32,000 bases of DNA from Pseudomonas aeruginosa (GTDB lineage: Bacteria; Pseudomonadota; Gammaproteobacteria; Pseudomonadales; Pseudomonadaceae), in NCBI RefSeq assembly GCF_001457615.1, contig NZ_LN831024.1, positions 4,620,001 through 4,652,000 of the forward strand, read 5' to 3'. The stretch's first letter is position 1. Each line of letters begins with the position of its first letter. The position numbers and the translations under genes were made by a program. Positions 16,797 to 26,720 of this stretch are shown here, piece after piece. A model generated the notes under the pieces. That model was given only the letters and a program-made list of their open reading frames with translations, made no database searches and was not told the origin of the DNA.

Positions 16797-17618
16797 TCAG
16801 ACGATCGCCAGGTTTCGCTTGCGGGTAGGCGGCGGAAACGCCTGGTCGAGCGCCCGCAGGTCATCGGCGCTCAGTTCCAGGTCGGCCGCCGCTGCATTCT
16901 GGCGGATGTGAGCGGACGTCACCGCCTTCGGGATCGCGATCACCCCCTGCTCCAGTAGCCAGGCCAGGGCGACCTGGGCGCTGCTGGCGTCGTGGCGCGC
17001 GGCGATCTCGCCGAGCGCCGGGTGCCGTAGCAGCCTGCCGCCCTGCCCCACCGGACAGTAGGCCATCACCGGCATGCCGCGCTCCTGGCACCAGGGCAGC
17101 AGGTCGTATTCGATACCGCGTTCCTCCAGGTTGTACATCACCTGGTTGGCGGCACAGGCGCTGCCGTCCAGTTCGTACATGTCGCCCAGGTCGAAGTTGG
17201 ACACGCCCCAGCGCAGGATCTTGCCCTGGTCGCGCAACCGCTCGAAGGCTTCGATGGTTTCCTCCAGCGGATACCGGCCCTGCCAGTGCAGCAGGTAGAG
17301 GTCGATGGTTTCGCAACCGAGCCGGCGCAGGCTGCGCTCGCAGGCCGCCGGCAGACCCTTGCGGCTGGCGTTGTGCGGGTAGACCTTGCTGACCAGGAAG
17401 ACCTCTTCGCGGCGTCCCGCGATAGCCGCGCCGACCACGTCCTCGGCGCCGCCCTCGGCGTACATCTCGGCGGTATCGATCAGCGTCATCCCCAGCTCGA
17501 TGCCTTCGCGCAGCGCCGCGACCTCGCGCTTGCGTTCGCCGGGCTGCTCGCCGATATGCCAGGTACCCTGGCCGATGGCGGCGACCTCCTGGCCATCGAT
17601 CAGCGTGAGCGTTTTCAT
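16797..17618 (-). CDS. Aldo/keto reductase
   Basis: GMTLIDTAEMYAEGGAEDVVGAAIAGRREEVFLVSKVYPHNA...CERSLRRLGCETIDLYLLHWQGRYPLEETIEAFERLRDQGKILRWGVSNF...GVIAIPKA. Confidence 0.95.
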   Translation of the reverse strand: MKTLTLIDGQEVAAIGQGTWHIGEQPGERKREVAALREGIELGMTLIDTAEMYAEGGAEDVVGAAIAGRREEVFLVSKVYPHNASRKGLPAACERSLRRLGCETIDLYLLHWQGRYPLEETIEAFERLRDQGKILRWGVSNFDLGDMYELDGSACAANQVMYNLEERGIEYDLLPWCQERGMPVMAYCPVGQGGRLLRHPALGEIAARHDASSAQVALAWLLEQGVIAIPKAVTSAHIRQNAAAADLELSADDLRALDQAFPPPTRKRNLAIV

Positions 17619-17649
17619 GCAGCGTCTCCTGTGGTGAATGGACGGGGCC

Positions 17650-18090
17650 TCATGCCCAGGGATCATAGCTGCCGAAGCTCCAGACGTGGCCCTCCGGATC
17701 GCGGCAAGTGAAGCCGCGACCGCCGTAGTCCTCGTCCTTGATGTCGATGACGATCTCGGCGCCGGCGGCCTGGGCGCTGCGGAACAGGGCGTCGGGATCG
17801 GCGACCACCAGGTAGAGGCTCTGGGTATTGCCGCCGGCTTCGTCGACGTGCCGCATCAGCCGACCGTAGGCGTTGTCGCGGACGCTCGAGCCGAGCATCA
17901 GCATGCCGTTGGCGCCGTTCGGGCTGGCGTAGGTCAACTCGGCGTGGAGCACCTGTCCGTCCTCGCCGGGCACCACCAGCTTGCGCTGGAAGCCAAAGGT
18001 CCGGCACAGCCAGTCGATGGCGGCCGGCGCATCGCGGTAACGCAGGCAGGGAATGACGCTGGCGACGGTGTTGCTGGCGGGCGTGTGCAT
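17650..18090 (-). CDS. VOC/glyoxalase family protein
   Basis: CLRYRDAPAAIDWLCRTFGFQRKLVVPGEDGQVLHAELTYASPNGANGMLMLGS...GRGFTCRDPEGHVWSFGSYDPWA. Confidence 0.93.
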   Translation of the reverse strand: MHTPASNTVASVIPCLRYRDAPAAIDWLCRTFGFQRKLVVPGEDGQVLHAELTYASPNGANGMLMLGSSVRDNAYGRLMRHVDEAGGNTQSLYLVVADPDALFRSAQAAGAEIVIDIKDEDYGGRGFTCRDPEGHVWSFGSYDPWA

Positions 18091-18175
18091 GGCGCATACC
18101 TCCGGGGGAAAGCACGACCACCAGCATAGACGCTGGACCGGACCGCCCCCGAGGCACGGATGGGCGGCGCGCCCT

Positions 18176-18499
18176 TCAGCGCAGCAGCGCCAGCACCCCG
18201 CCGAGCAACGGCACTCCGGCGGCGCAAGGCAATGCCCAGCGTGGCCGCCAGGCGAGCAGCAGGACCAGCGTGCCGGCCGCCAGCATCAGCAGGCAGGACC
18301 AGAAGACGATGCCGATCTCCACGCCCTGCCGGTGGATCGAGAAGGCCAGCGCCAGGCCCAGGTCGAGCAGCGCCACGCCGCGTAGCAGAAGCACCCGGGA
18401 AGCCGACGGCTCGTGGCCGAGAAGGTTCTTGTGGTGGCGGTTCATGGCCAGGCAGAGAGCGGTGAAGGCCAGCAGGTTGAGGCCGAAGACCAGCAGCAT
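18176..18499 (-). CDS. DUF3325-like small membrane protein
   Basis: 107 aa hydrophobic protein; last gene of the DUF3649/PepSY/DUF3325 arrangement common in Pseudomonas iron-uptake loci. Confidence 0.75.
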   Translation of the reverse strand: MLLVFGLNLLAFTALCLAMNRHHKNLLGHEPSASRVLLLRGVALLDLGLALAFSIHRQGVEIGIVFWSCLLMLAAGTLVLLLAWRPRWALPCAAGVPLLGGVLALLR

Positions 18500-20019
18500 C
18501 AGGCCACCTCCTGGACGTTCAGGCGTCGCCGGGCGGGCTTGCTCGACGCTTGCCGACGTCGCCAGCCGAGCCAGGCGCAGAGCAGGCCGAGGCCCAGCAG
18601 GCTGAGGTCGACGCCGGCCAGCACCCAGTCGCCGCGCTGCAGGCTGGCCAACAGGTTGCCTTCCGGGCTACGCAGCAGGCCGAGCAGCGGCAGGCCCAGC
18701 GCCAGCACGGCGGCGAGGCGCAGTTGCGTGCGACCGAGGGCCCCGCTGTTGCGGCGGACGATGGCCCACAGCGCGACCAGCGCCCAACTGGCGCAAAACA
18801 CGCGGATCTCCCAGGTGTCGCGGCCGGCCAGTTGCGTCGGCAGCAGGCGGTTGCCCCACAGCAGCGCCAGGCTGGCCAGCGGCAGGCCGCCGCAGACCGC
18901 CAGGTTCAGCGCCCGCACCAGACCAACGCCACGACTGCCGCGGACCTCGCGCTTGGCCAGCCAGACCTGCAACCCGCCGAAGATCATCATCGCCCCGGAC
19001 AGCCCGAGCAACAGGTACATCCAGCGCACCAACTGGCCGCCCCACTGGATCATGTGCAGGCCGGTCAGCCAGCCGTAGGTGGCGTAGCCGGGCGCATAGG
19101 ACGGCTGGGCATGCAGCAGTTCGCCGCTGGAGGCATCGAAGTTGACCGTGCGCTGGTCGTCGAGGATGCGCGAGGCGTCGCGCCGGCGGATGTCCACGGT
19201 GGCCGCCTCGTCATAGGGATGGTGGACGCTGATCCAGCCCGGCGCGCCGCCGTCGCCCCAGACCTTGCCGGCCTCGACGATCAGGCCGTCGATGGACGCC
19301 GGCGGCCCCGCCGGGCGGCCGACTTCCTCGCGTTCGTAGGAGCCCTGCACTTCATGGAAGAAGCGCTCGCCATCGTTCTGGTAGACCACCTGCAGGCCCG
19401 CCTGCATGTAGTAGACGATGAAGATCACCAGGCCGGTGTAGGCGATCATCAGGTGGAACGGCAGGCCGATCACCCCCAGCACGTTGTGCGCGTCGAGCCA
19501 GGCGCGCTGCCGCGCCGCCTGCGGGCGCAGGGTGAAGAAGTCCTTGAAGATCCGCCGGTGCACGATGGTCCCGCTGACCAGCGCCACCAGCATCAGCATC
19601 CCGGCGATGCCGACGATGTACAGGCCGACCATGCCGGCGTGCAGGTCGTAGTGCAGGGTGAAGAAGAACTCGCCGCCGACTGTCTTCGGCAGCGGCTGGC
19701 CGCTCACCGCGTCCAGCTGAAAGACCTTGAACTCGCTGCCGTCGCGTGGCTCCCAGCCGGCGTTCCAGTAGGGCGCCCGCTCGCTCGGCGGCAGCATCCA
19801 CCAGGCATGGGCATCGGGGGCGCGCTGGCGCAACCAGTCGCGCACCTGGTCGGCGCCCAGCGACTGCGCGCCGGGCAGGTGCAGGTCCGGCTGCATCCAG
19901 CGGGTCAGCTCCTTGTCGAAGCTGGCCAGGCTGCCGGCGAAGACGATGACGAACAGCAGCCAGCTGACCAGCAGCCCCGACCAGGTATGCAGGCCGGACA
20001 TCGATTGACGCAGGTTCAT
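18499..20019 (-). CDS. PepSY-associated TM helix protein (putative iron-regulated reductase)
   Basis: MNLRQSMSGLHTWSGLLVSWLLFVIVFAGSLASFDKELTRWMQPDLH...DAHAWWMLPPSERAP...ALHAGMVGLYIVGIAGMLMLVALVSG-type architecture with conserved His in TM helices. Confidence 0.92.
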   Translation of the reverse strand: MNLRQSMSGLHTWSGLLVSWLLFVIVFAGSLASFDKELTRWMQPDLHLPGAQSLGADQVRDWLRQRAPDAHAWWMLPPSERAPYWNAGWEPRDGSEFKVFQLDAVSGQPLPKTVGGEFFFTLHYDLHAGMVGLYIVGIAGMLMLVALVSGTIVHRRIFKDFFTLRPQAARQRAWLDAHNVLGVIGLPFHLMIAYTGLVIFIVYYMQAGLQVVYQNDGERFFHEVQGSYEREEVGRPAGPPASIDGLIVEAGKVWGDGGAPGWISVHHPYDEAATVDIRRRDASRILDDQRTVNFDASSGELLHAQPSYAPGYATYGWLTGLHMIQWGGQLVRWMYLLLGLSGAMMIFGGLQVWLAKREVRGSRGVGLVRALNLAVCGGLPLASLALLWGNRLLPTQLAGRDTWEIRVFCASWALVALWAIVRRNSGALGRTQLRLAAVLALGLPLLGLLRSPEGNLLASLQRGDWVLAGVDLSLLGLGLLCAWLGWRRRQASSKPARRRLNVQEVA

Positions 20020-20312
20020 GGACGCGCTCCGTAGTCGAGGCCGAGCCAGGCCAGGCCGCCCAGCGCCAGGCTGGCCAGCGCCAGCACCCAGCAGGCGCGC
20101 CAGGCGCTGCGCGCGGCGAAGGCGTAGACGATGGCCGCGACCCACACGGCGAAGCAGCCGAGGCTGCCGAACGAGACCCGGTCGGGACGCGGCAGCGGCA
20201 GGTAGATGCTCAGGCAGGCGGTGACCGCATAGGCCAGCGCGTAGCCAAGCAGGACCGCGACGAGGATGCGGCCGGTGACGGACAGTCCGCCGGCCAGGGC
20301 CTGGCTGGTCAT
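20016..20312 (-). CDS. DUF3649-like membrane protein
   Basis: 98 aa MTSQALAGGLSVTGRILVAVLLGYALAYAVTACLSIYLPLPRPDRVSFGSLGCFAVWVAAIVYAFAARSAWRACW; ATGA overlap with the PepSY gene. Confidence 0.82.
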   Translation of the reverse strand: MTSQALAGGLSVTGRILVAVLLGYALAYAVTACLSIYLPLPRPDRVSFGSLGCFAVWVAAIVYAFAARSAWRACWVLALASLALGGLAWLGLDYGARP

Positions 20313-20430
20313 GGGGCGGCGTCCCGGGTGGAAACAGGGCCTTGCATCGTCGCTACCTCGTCTGGCTGGCACGGCGACGCCGCGCTCGCGGGTGGCGAGG
20401 CGGTCGTCGATTCGGAAGGTTTGCGACTGT

Positions 20431-20452
20431 ATCTCAATTACGTTCGCATTTG
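20431..20452 (-). promoter_or_regulatory. Candidate Fur box upstream of the DUF3649/PepSY/DUF3325 operon
   Basis: ATCTCAATTACGTTCGCATTTG (minus strand CAAATGCGAACGTAATTGAGAT) resembles the AATGATAATNATTNTCATT consensus, in the AT-rich part of the 20313-20637 divergent intergenic region. Confidence 0.45.
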
Positions 20453-20637
20453 TACTTGCTCCGGACGACCGCCAGGTCGCGTCGCGCCAGGGATTGCCGG
20501 GGTCCGACGAGTGCGGGTCGTATCCCGTCGCATTCGTCCGCCGCGCCATACGTCCATCTCCGCTCTGCGCAAGCGCGCCGAGCTTGGTAATATCGGCTGT
20601 TTGCGGTTTCGGCTGGTCTCGCCGAAGGACATACCGG

Positions 20638-22959
20638 ATGACTTCACCCTCCGCCCCAGACACCCAGCTCAGCCTGGCCATCGACCCGGCCCGGCCGTAT
20701 GCGCGGCTGACCCTCGGCAGCCACGTGCACAGCGGCTACGACCTGCGCAGCGGACGCATGCAGAGCATTTCCCGGCACCGTGCGGCGCTGGCCTTCATCT
20801 ATGCCGGCGAGGCGGTTTCCGGGCGTCCCGGCAGCGAGCCACGGGAGGCCCAGCGGCGTATCGAACGGCGTCCGGCGCACGAGCAGGAATACCGCGAGAC
20901 CCTGCGCCGCCTCGGCTTCAAGCCGGCGACCCGGCGCAGCGACGCGCTCGAGGAAAGCGCCGGCGAGATGTTCGAACTGCCCGGCGACAACGCCTGGCTG
21001 CACTTCATGCAGGACGACCTGCCGCGCCTGCGCCAGCAGGGCTGGTTCATCGACATCCGCGCCGACTTCGCCTACGACCTGACGCCCATCGACGCCTGGT
21101 ACGCCGAGGTCGAGGAAGCCGACGACCGCCAGTGGTTCGAGCTGGAACTGGGCATCCAGGTCGCCGGCCAGCGGGTCAGCCTGCTGCCGGCGCTGACCGA
21201 GCTGATCCGCCGCAGCCCGGCCCTGCTCGATCCGCGCGCCCTCGCCCGGCACGCCGACGAAGAGCAACTGGTGCTGCGCCTGGAACTCAACCCGCCGCTG
21301 CGCGTGGCGCTGCCCTTCGGCCGCCTGAAGCCGGTGCTGGCGGCGCTTTCCGACTTCTACCTGGGCGACCCCGAACCGCAGCGCAAGCTGCGCCTGGGCG
21401 CACCGGACGCGGCGCGCCTGGCCGATCTCGACGAGTTGCCGCTGGCCTGGGAAGGCGGCGACAACCTGCGCGACTTCGCCCGCCGCCTACGCAGTTTCCA
21501 GGCTCGTCCGGCGACCCCGCCGCAAGGCCTGCGCGCCGAACTGCGGCCCTACCAGCTCGAAGGCCTGAGCTGGATGCAGACCCTGCGCGAACTCGACAGC
21601 GGCGGCGTGCTGGCCGACGACATGGGGCTGGGCAAGACCTTGCAGTCGCTGGCCCACGTGCTCCTGGAAAAGCAGGCCGGGCGGCTCGACACGCCGGCGC
21701 TGGTGGTGATGCCCACCAGCCTGATCCCCAACTGGCTGGACGAGGCCGAGCGCTTCGCCCCCGATCTGCGCGTGCTGGCCCTGCACGGCGCCGGCCGGCG
21801 CCGCGACTTCGCCCGCATCGACGAGCACGACCTGGTGCTGACCACCTATGCCCTGCTGCCACGCGACGCCGCCGAGCTGGGCAAGCGGCGGTTCCACCTG
21901 CTGATCCTCGACGAGGCGCAGAACATCAAGAACGCCACCACCAAGGCCGCCGTCGCCGCCCGCGAGCTGGCGGCACGGCATCGCCTGTGCCTGACCGGCA
22001 CGCCGCTGGAGAACCACCTCGGCGAACTCTGGTCGCTGTTCCATTTCCTGATGCCCGGCTGGCTCGGCGACGCCCGCCAGTTCGCCCAGGACTACCGCAC
22101 GCCGATCGAGAAGCACGGCGACGAGGCACGCCTCAGTCACCTGGCCGCGCGCCTGCGGCCGTTCCTGCTGCGACGGACCAAGGAACAGGTGGCCTCGGAA
22201 CTGCCGCCGAAGAGCGAGTTCACCCAGTTCGTCGAACTCAGCGAGGCGCAACGCGAACTCTACGAGACCGTGCGCCTGGCGCTGGACCGCAAGGTCCGCG
22301 AGGAGATCGCCCGGCGCGGCCTGGCGCGCAGCCGCATCGTGATCCTCGAGGCGCTGCTCAAGCTGCGCCAGGTCTGCTGCGACACGCGCCTGCTGCAACG
22401 CCAGGAAGACGGCGCGCGCAGCGGCCGGGCGCTCAGCTCGGGCAAGCTGGCCTACCTGCTCGACATGCTCGACGAACTGATCGCCGAGGGTCGCCGGGTC
22501 CTGCTGTTCTCGCAGTTCACCTCGATGCTCGCGCTGATCGAGGACGCCCTGCGCCAGCGCGGCGTCGACTACGTCCTGCTGACCGGCGAGACCCGCGACC
22601 GCCGCGCCCCGGTACAGCGCTTCCAGAGCGGCAAGGTGCCGGTGTTCCTGATCAGCTTGAAGGCAGGCGGGGTCGGCCTCAACCTGACCGCGGCGGACAC
22701 CGTGATCCACTACGATCCCTGGTGGAACCCGGCGGTGGAGAACCAGGCCAGCGACCGCGCCTACCGCATCGGCCAGGACAAGCCGGTGTTCGTCTACCGG
22801 CTGATCGCCCGCGGCACGGTGGAAGAGAAGATCCAGCACCTGCAGCAGGAAAAGGCCGCCCTCGCCGACGGCCTGTTCAGCGAAGGCAACGGCGACGGCT
22901 GGAAGCTCGACGAGGCCGATATCGACGCGCTGTTCGCGCCCTTGCCCAAGGCGCTCTGA
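20638..22959 (+). CDS. SNF2/Swi2-family DEAD/H-box ATPase
   Basis: MQTLRELDSGGVLADDMGLGKTLQSLAHV (Walker A), HLLILDEAQNIKN, RHRLCLTGTPLENHLGELWSLFHFLMPG, VFLISLKAGGVGLNLTAADTVIHYDPWWNPAVENQASDRAYRIGQDKPVFVYRL. Confidence 0.95.
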   Translation: MTSPSAPDTQLSLAIDPARPYARLTLGSHVHSGYDLRSGRMQSISRHRAALAFIYAGEAVSGRPGSEPREAQRRIERRPAHEQEYRETLRRLGFKPATRRSDALEESAGEMFELPGDNAWLHFMQDDLPRLRQQGWFIDIRADFAYDLTPIDAWYAEVEEADDRQWFELELGIQVAGQRVSLLPALTELIRRSPALLDPRALARHADEEQLVLRLELNPPLRVALPFGRLKPVLAALSDFYLGDPEPQRKLRLGAPDAARLADLDELPLAWEGGDNLRDFARRLRSFQARPATPPQGLRAELRPYQLEGLSWMQTLRELDSGGVLADDMGLGKTLQSLAHVLLEKQAGRLDTPALVVMPTSLIPNWLDEAERFAPDLRVLALHGAGRRRDFARIDEHDLVLTTYALLPRDAAELGKRRFHLLILDEAQNIKNATTKAAVAARELAARHRLCLTGTPLENHLGELWSLFHFLMPGWLGDARQFAQDYRTPIEKHGDEARLSHLAARLRPFLLRRTKEQVASELPPKSEFTQFVELSEAQRELYETVRLALDRKVREEIARRGLARSRIVILEALLKLRQVCCDTRLLQRQEDGARSGRALSSGKLAYLLDMLDELIAEGRRVLLFSQFTSMLALIEDALRQRGVDYVLLTGETRDRRAPVQRFQSGKVPVFLISLKAGGVGLNLTAADTVIHYDPWWNPAVENQASDRAYRIGQDKPVFVYRLIARGTVEEKIQHLQQEKAALADGLFSEGNGDGWKLDEADIDALFAPLPKAL

Positions 22960-22972
22960 GGGCCGCCCGGAT

Positions 22973-23584
22973 TCAGCGCGCGACGCCGCGGTAGACGTAG
23001 GTCATCGGCCGCGGCCCGGGCAGGTAGCCCTGTTCCAGCTCGTCGATGCGAAAGCCGGCCTCGCGCAGCAAGGCCGGCATGTCGCGGTCCAGGTGGCAAC
23101 CGCCGGCCAGCGGTTTCCACCAGGGCGTCAGGCGCCGTTGCCAGGCCAGCACCGAGGCGTCCGGCGCGCGCCCATGCTCGCAGAACAGCAATTCGCCGCC
23201 ACGCTTCAGCACCCGACGCATCTCGCCCAGCGCCGGCAGCGGCGCGGCGATGGAGCAAAGGGTGAAAGTGCAGACGATGGTGTCGAAGCTTTCCGCCTCG
23301 GCGCGGATCTCGCCAAGCTCGAGGGCGACCATTTCCACCGGGATGCCGATTTGCGCCGCGCGCTCGCGGGCCAGCGCCTGCATTTGCGCGGCCGGGTCGA
23401 CGCCGACGATCGCCGACACCTTCGCCGCGTCGTAGAAGCCCAGGTTGAGCCCGGTGCCCAGACCGATCTCCAGCACCCGCCCATGGGCGCGCGGCACCAG
23501 CAGCGAACGCTGCTTCATCACGTCGCCCATGCCGCAGGCGAAGTCGATCAGGCGCGGCAACACGTAACGGTCATAGATGCCCAC
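22973..23584 (-). CDS. pmtA: SAM-dependent methyltransferase, phospholipid N-methyltransferase-like
   Basis: GRVLEIGLGTGLNLGFYDAAKVSAIVGVDPAAQM...ESFDTIVCTFTLCSIAAPLPALGEMRRVLKRGGELLFCEHGRAPD. GTG start at 23584 preceded by AGGAGAG; the symbol comes from the match to the PA0798 locus. Confidence 0.75.
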   Translation of the reverse strand: MGIYDRYVLPRLIDFACGMGDVMKQRSLLVPRAHGRVLEIGLGTGLNLGFYDAAKVSAIVGVDPAAQMQALARERAAQIGIPVEMVALELGEIRAEAESFDTIVCTFTLCSIAAPLPALGEMRRVLKRGGELLFCEHGRAPDASVLAWQRRLTPWWKPLAGGCHLDRDMPALLREAGFRIDELEQGYLPGPRPMTYVYRGVAR

Positions 23585-23643
23585 GAAACTCTCTCCTGGC
23601 ACAGCGGCTGGAGGGGAAAGCATAGACCAGCGATGCATTAGAC

Positions 23644-23657
23644 GATTGTCGACAATC
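23644..23657. promoter_or_regulatory. Perfect palindrome GATTGTCGACAATC, candidate GntR operator (distal)
   Basis: 14-bp perfect palindrome upstream of the GntR gene; its core recurs near 23710. Confidence 0.6.
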
Positions 23658-23708
23658 AAGCGACGAATGATTGACCCCACGCAATCCAGGCGGTAGCTTT
23701 CGCAAATA

Positions 23709-23718
23709 TTGTCGACAC
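23709..23718. promoter_or_regulatory. Second TTGTCGACAC motif, candidate GntR operator (proximal)
   Basis: TTGTCGACA core shared with the upstream palindrome, about 22 bp before ATG 23741. Confidence 0.5.
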
Positions 23719-23740
23719 ATCGACCCGAACAGCCAGTACC

Positions 23741-24463
23741 ATGACCCAGAACCCGCCCCCTCTCGAGATTGCCCATGACGACGGAGAGACCTTGTCGGAA
23801 CACGTCTTCCGCAAGATCCAGAGCGCCATCGTCAGCGGCGAGATCGCGCCGGGCAGCAAGATCTCCGAGCCGGAGCTGGCGCGCACCTACGGCATCAGCC
23901 GCGGCCCGCTGCGCGAGGCGATCCACCGCCTGGAAGGCCTGCGCCTGCTGGTGCGGGTGCCGCATGTCGGGGCGCGGGTGGTGTCGCTGAGCCACGCCGA
24001 GCTGATCGAGCTCTACGAGATCCGCGAGTCCCTGGAAGGCATGGCCTGCCGACTGGCCGCCGAGCGCATGAGCCAGGCCGAGATCGACGAGTTGCGCCGG
24101 GTGCTCGACACCCACGAGCGCGACGAGGCGTTCCAGGCCGGGCGCGGCTATTACCAGCAGGAAGGCGACTACGACTTCCACTACCGGATCATCCAGGGCA
24201 GCGGCAACGCCACTCTCACCCGCATGCTCTGCGGCGAGCTCTACCAACTGGTGCGGATGTACCGCATCCAGTACTCGACCACGCCGAACCGGCCGCGCCA
24301 GGCCTTCGCCGAACACCACCGCATTCTCGACGCCATCGCCGACCGTGACGGCGAACTGGCCGAGCTGCTGATGCGCCGCCACATCAGTGCGTCGCGCCGC
24401 AATATCGAGCGCCAGCTGGAACCCCAGCCGGCGAAGCTCGCCTCCGCTTCCTCCACCGTCTAA
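23741..24463 (+). CDS. GntR-family (FadR/FCD) transcriptional regulator, putative prp operon regulator
   Basis: [93 protein letters not shown]. Confidence 0.95.
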   Translation: MTQNPPPLEIAHDDGETLSEHVFRKIQSAIVSGEIAPGSKISEPELARTYGISRGPLREAIHRLEGLRLLVRVPHVGARVVSLSHAELIELYEIRESLEGMACRLAAERMSQAEIDELRRVLDTHERDEAFQAGRGYYQQEGDYDFHYRIIQGSGNATLTRMLCGELYQLVRMYRIQYSTTPNRPRQAFAEHHRILDAIADRDGELAELLMRRHISASRRNIERQLEPQPAKLASASSTV

Positions 24464-24473
24464 GAGGTCCGTG

Positions 24474-25370
24474 ATGAGCCAGACGTCCCTTACCCCCGGC
24501 CAGCGCTTCCGCGAAGCCGTGGCCACCGAACACCCGCTGCAGGTGGTCGGCACCATCAACGCCAACCACGCCCTGCTGGCCAAGCGCGCCGGCTTCAAGG
24601 CCATCTACCTGTCCGGCGGCGGCGTCGCCGCCGGTTCCCTGGGCCTGCCGGACCTGGGTATCAGCGGCCTCGACGACGTGCTCACCGACGTGCGCCGGAT
24701 CACCGACGTCTGCGACCTGCCGCTGCTGGTGGACGTCGACACCGGCTTCGGCTCCTCGGCGTTCAACGTCGCCCGCACGGTGAAGTCGATGATCAAGTTC
24801 GGCGCCGCCGCGATGCATATCGAGGACCAGGTCGGCGCCAAGCGCTGCGGCCATAGGCCGAACAAGGAGATCGTCTCGCAGCAGGAGATGGTCGACCGCA
24901 TCAAGGCCGCCGTCGATGCCCGCAGCGACGACTCCTTCGTGATCATGGCGCGCACCGACGCGCTGGCCGTGGAAGGCCTGCAGGCCGCCATCGACCGCGC
25001 CTGCGCCTGTGTCGAGGCCGGTGCCGACATGATCTTCCCGGAAGCCATGACCGAACTGGCCATGTACAAGGAATTCGCCGCCGCGGTGAAGGTGCCGGTG
25101 CTGGCCAACATCACCGAGTTCGGCGCCACCCCGCTGTTCACCACCGACGAACTGGCCTCCGCCGACGTGTCCCTGGTGCTCTACCCGCTGTCGGCCTTCC
25201 GCGCCATGAACAAGGCGGCGGAGAACGTCTACACCGCGATCCGTCGCGACGGCACCCAGAAGAATGTGATCGATACCATGCAGACCCGCATGGAGCTGTA
25301 CGATCGCATCGATTACCACAGCTTCGAGCAGAAGCTCGACGCGCTCTTCGCGCAGAAGAAGAACGCCTGA
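24474..25370 (+). CDS. prpB: 2-methylisocitrate lyase
   Basis: [35 protein letters not shown]...[51 protein letters not shown]. Confidence 0.98.
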   Translation: MSQTSLTPGQRFREAVATEHPLQVVGTINANHALLAKRAGFKAIYLSGGGVAAGSLGLPDLGISGLDDVLTDVRRITDVCDLPLLVDVDTGFGSSAFNVARTVKSMIKFGAAAMHIEDQVGAKRCGHRPNKEIVSQQEMVDRIKAAVDARSDDSFVIMARTDALAVEGLQAAIDRACACVEAGADMIFPEAMTELAMYKEFAAAVKVPVLANITEFGATPLFTTDELASADVSLVLYPLSAFRAMNKAAENVYTAIRRDGTQKNVIDTMQTRMELYDRIDYHSFEQKLDALFAQKKNA

Positions 25371-25462
25371 ACATCAAGCCCGGCGTGCGCCTGAGCGCCG
25401 GTCCGCAAACCCCGTGAAACCGAGTTGCAGCATCCAGAAAAAGTTCAAGAAAGGAGAGAGCA

Positions 25463-26590
25463 ATGGCTGAAGCAAAAGTACTGAGTGGCGCCGGCCTGCG
25501 TGGCCAGGTGGCCGGTCAGACAGCCCTGTCCACCGTCGGCCAGGAAGGCGCCGGCCTGACCTACCGTGGCTACGACGTCCGCGACCTGGCGGCGGCGGCG
25601 ATCTTCGAGGAAGTCGCCTACCTGCTGCTCTACGGCGAACTGCCGAACAAGCAACAGCTCGACGCCTACCTGAAGAAGCTCCAGGGCCAGCGCGACCTGC
25701 CGCAGGCGCTGAAGGAAGTTCTCGAACGGATTCCCAAGGACGCCCACCCGATGGACGTGATGCGCACTGGCGCCTCGGTCCTCGGCACCCTGGAACCGGA
25801 GCTGAGCTTCGACCAGCAGCGCGACGTCGCCGACCGCCTGCTCGCCGCCTTCCCGGCGATCATGACCTACTGGTACCGCTTCACCCACGAAGGCCAGCGC
25901 ATCGACTGCAACAGCGACGAGCCGACCATCGGCGGGCACTTCCTCGCCCTGCTCCACGGCAAGAAGCCCAGCGAGCTGCACGTGAAGGTGATGAACGTCT
26001 CGCTGATCCTCTACGCCGAGCATGAGTTCAACGCATCCACCTTCACCGCGCGGGTTTGCGCCTCGACCCTGTCCGACCTGTACTCCTGCGTCACCGGCGC
26101 CATCGGCTCGCTGCGCGGCCCGCTGCACGGCGGCGCCAACGAGGCGGCGATGGAACTGATCGAACGCTTCTCTTCGCCGCAGGAAGCCACCGCCGAGCTG
26201 CTGAAGATGCTCGAGCGCAAGGACAAGATCATGGGCTTCGGGCATGCCATCTACAAGGATTCCGACCCACGCAACGAAGTGATCAAGGGTTGGTCGAAGC
26301 AGCTCGCCGACGAGGTCGGCGACAAGGTTCTGTTCGCGGTTTCCGAGGCCATCGACAAGACCATGTGGGAGCAGAAGAAGCTGTTCCCCAACGCCGACTT
26401 CTACCACGCCTCGGCGTATCACTTCATGGGCATCCCGACCAAGCTGTTCACGCCGATCTTCGTCTGCTCGCGGACCAGCGGCTGGACCGCCCACGTCTTC
26501 GAACAGCGCGCCAACAACCGCATCATCCGCCCGAGCGCCGAGTACACCGGCGTCGAGCAGCGTGCGTTCGTGCCGCTGGAGCAACGCTGA
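25463..26590 (+). CDS. prpC: 2-methylcitrate synthase
   Basis: EAKVLSGAGLRGQVAGQTALSTVGQEGAGLTYRGYDVRDLAAAAIFEEVAYLLLYGELP...LRGPLHGGANEAAMELIERF...KIMGFGHAIYKDSDPRN. Confidence 0.98.
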   Translation: MAEAKVLSGAGLRGQVAGQTALSTVGQEGAGLTYRGYDVRDLAAAAIFEEVAYLLLYGELPNKQQLDAYLKKLQGQRDLPQALKEVLERIPKDAHPMDVMRTGASVLGTLEPELSFDQQRDVADRLLAAFPAIMTYWYRFTHEGQRIDCNSDEPTIGGHFLALLHGKKPSELHVKVMNVSLILYAEHEFNASTFTARVCASTLSDLYSCVTGAIGSLRGPLHGGANEAAMELIERFSSPQEATAELLKMLERKDKIMGFGHAIYKDSDPRNEVIKGWSKQLADEVGDKVLFAVSEAIDKTMWEQKKLFPNADFYHASAYHFMGIPTKLFTPIFVCSRTSGWTAHVFEQRANNRIIRPSAEYTGVEQRAFVPLEQR

Positions 26591-26720
26591 TCCATGCCGT
26601 CCGGCGCGCCGAACGCGAGCGCGCCGGACGGTTGCCGCACCCAGAATTCGAAAGGCCGGCGTGGGCTGCGCCGCGGCGCGAGCGACACGCTTCCGAACAC
26701 CCCGTGATTGAGTCCGAGCC

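Noticed and set aside
20328-22994. 888-codon plus-strand ORF overlapping the SNF2 ATPase in another frame
   Set aside because: Arg/Pro-rich +1 shadow; the helicase motifs lie in the 20638-22959 frame.
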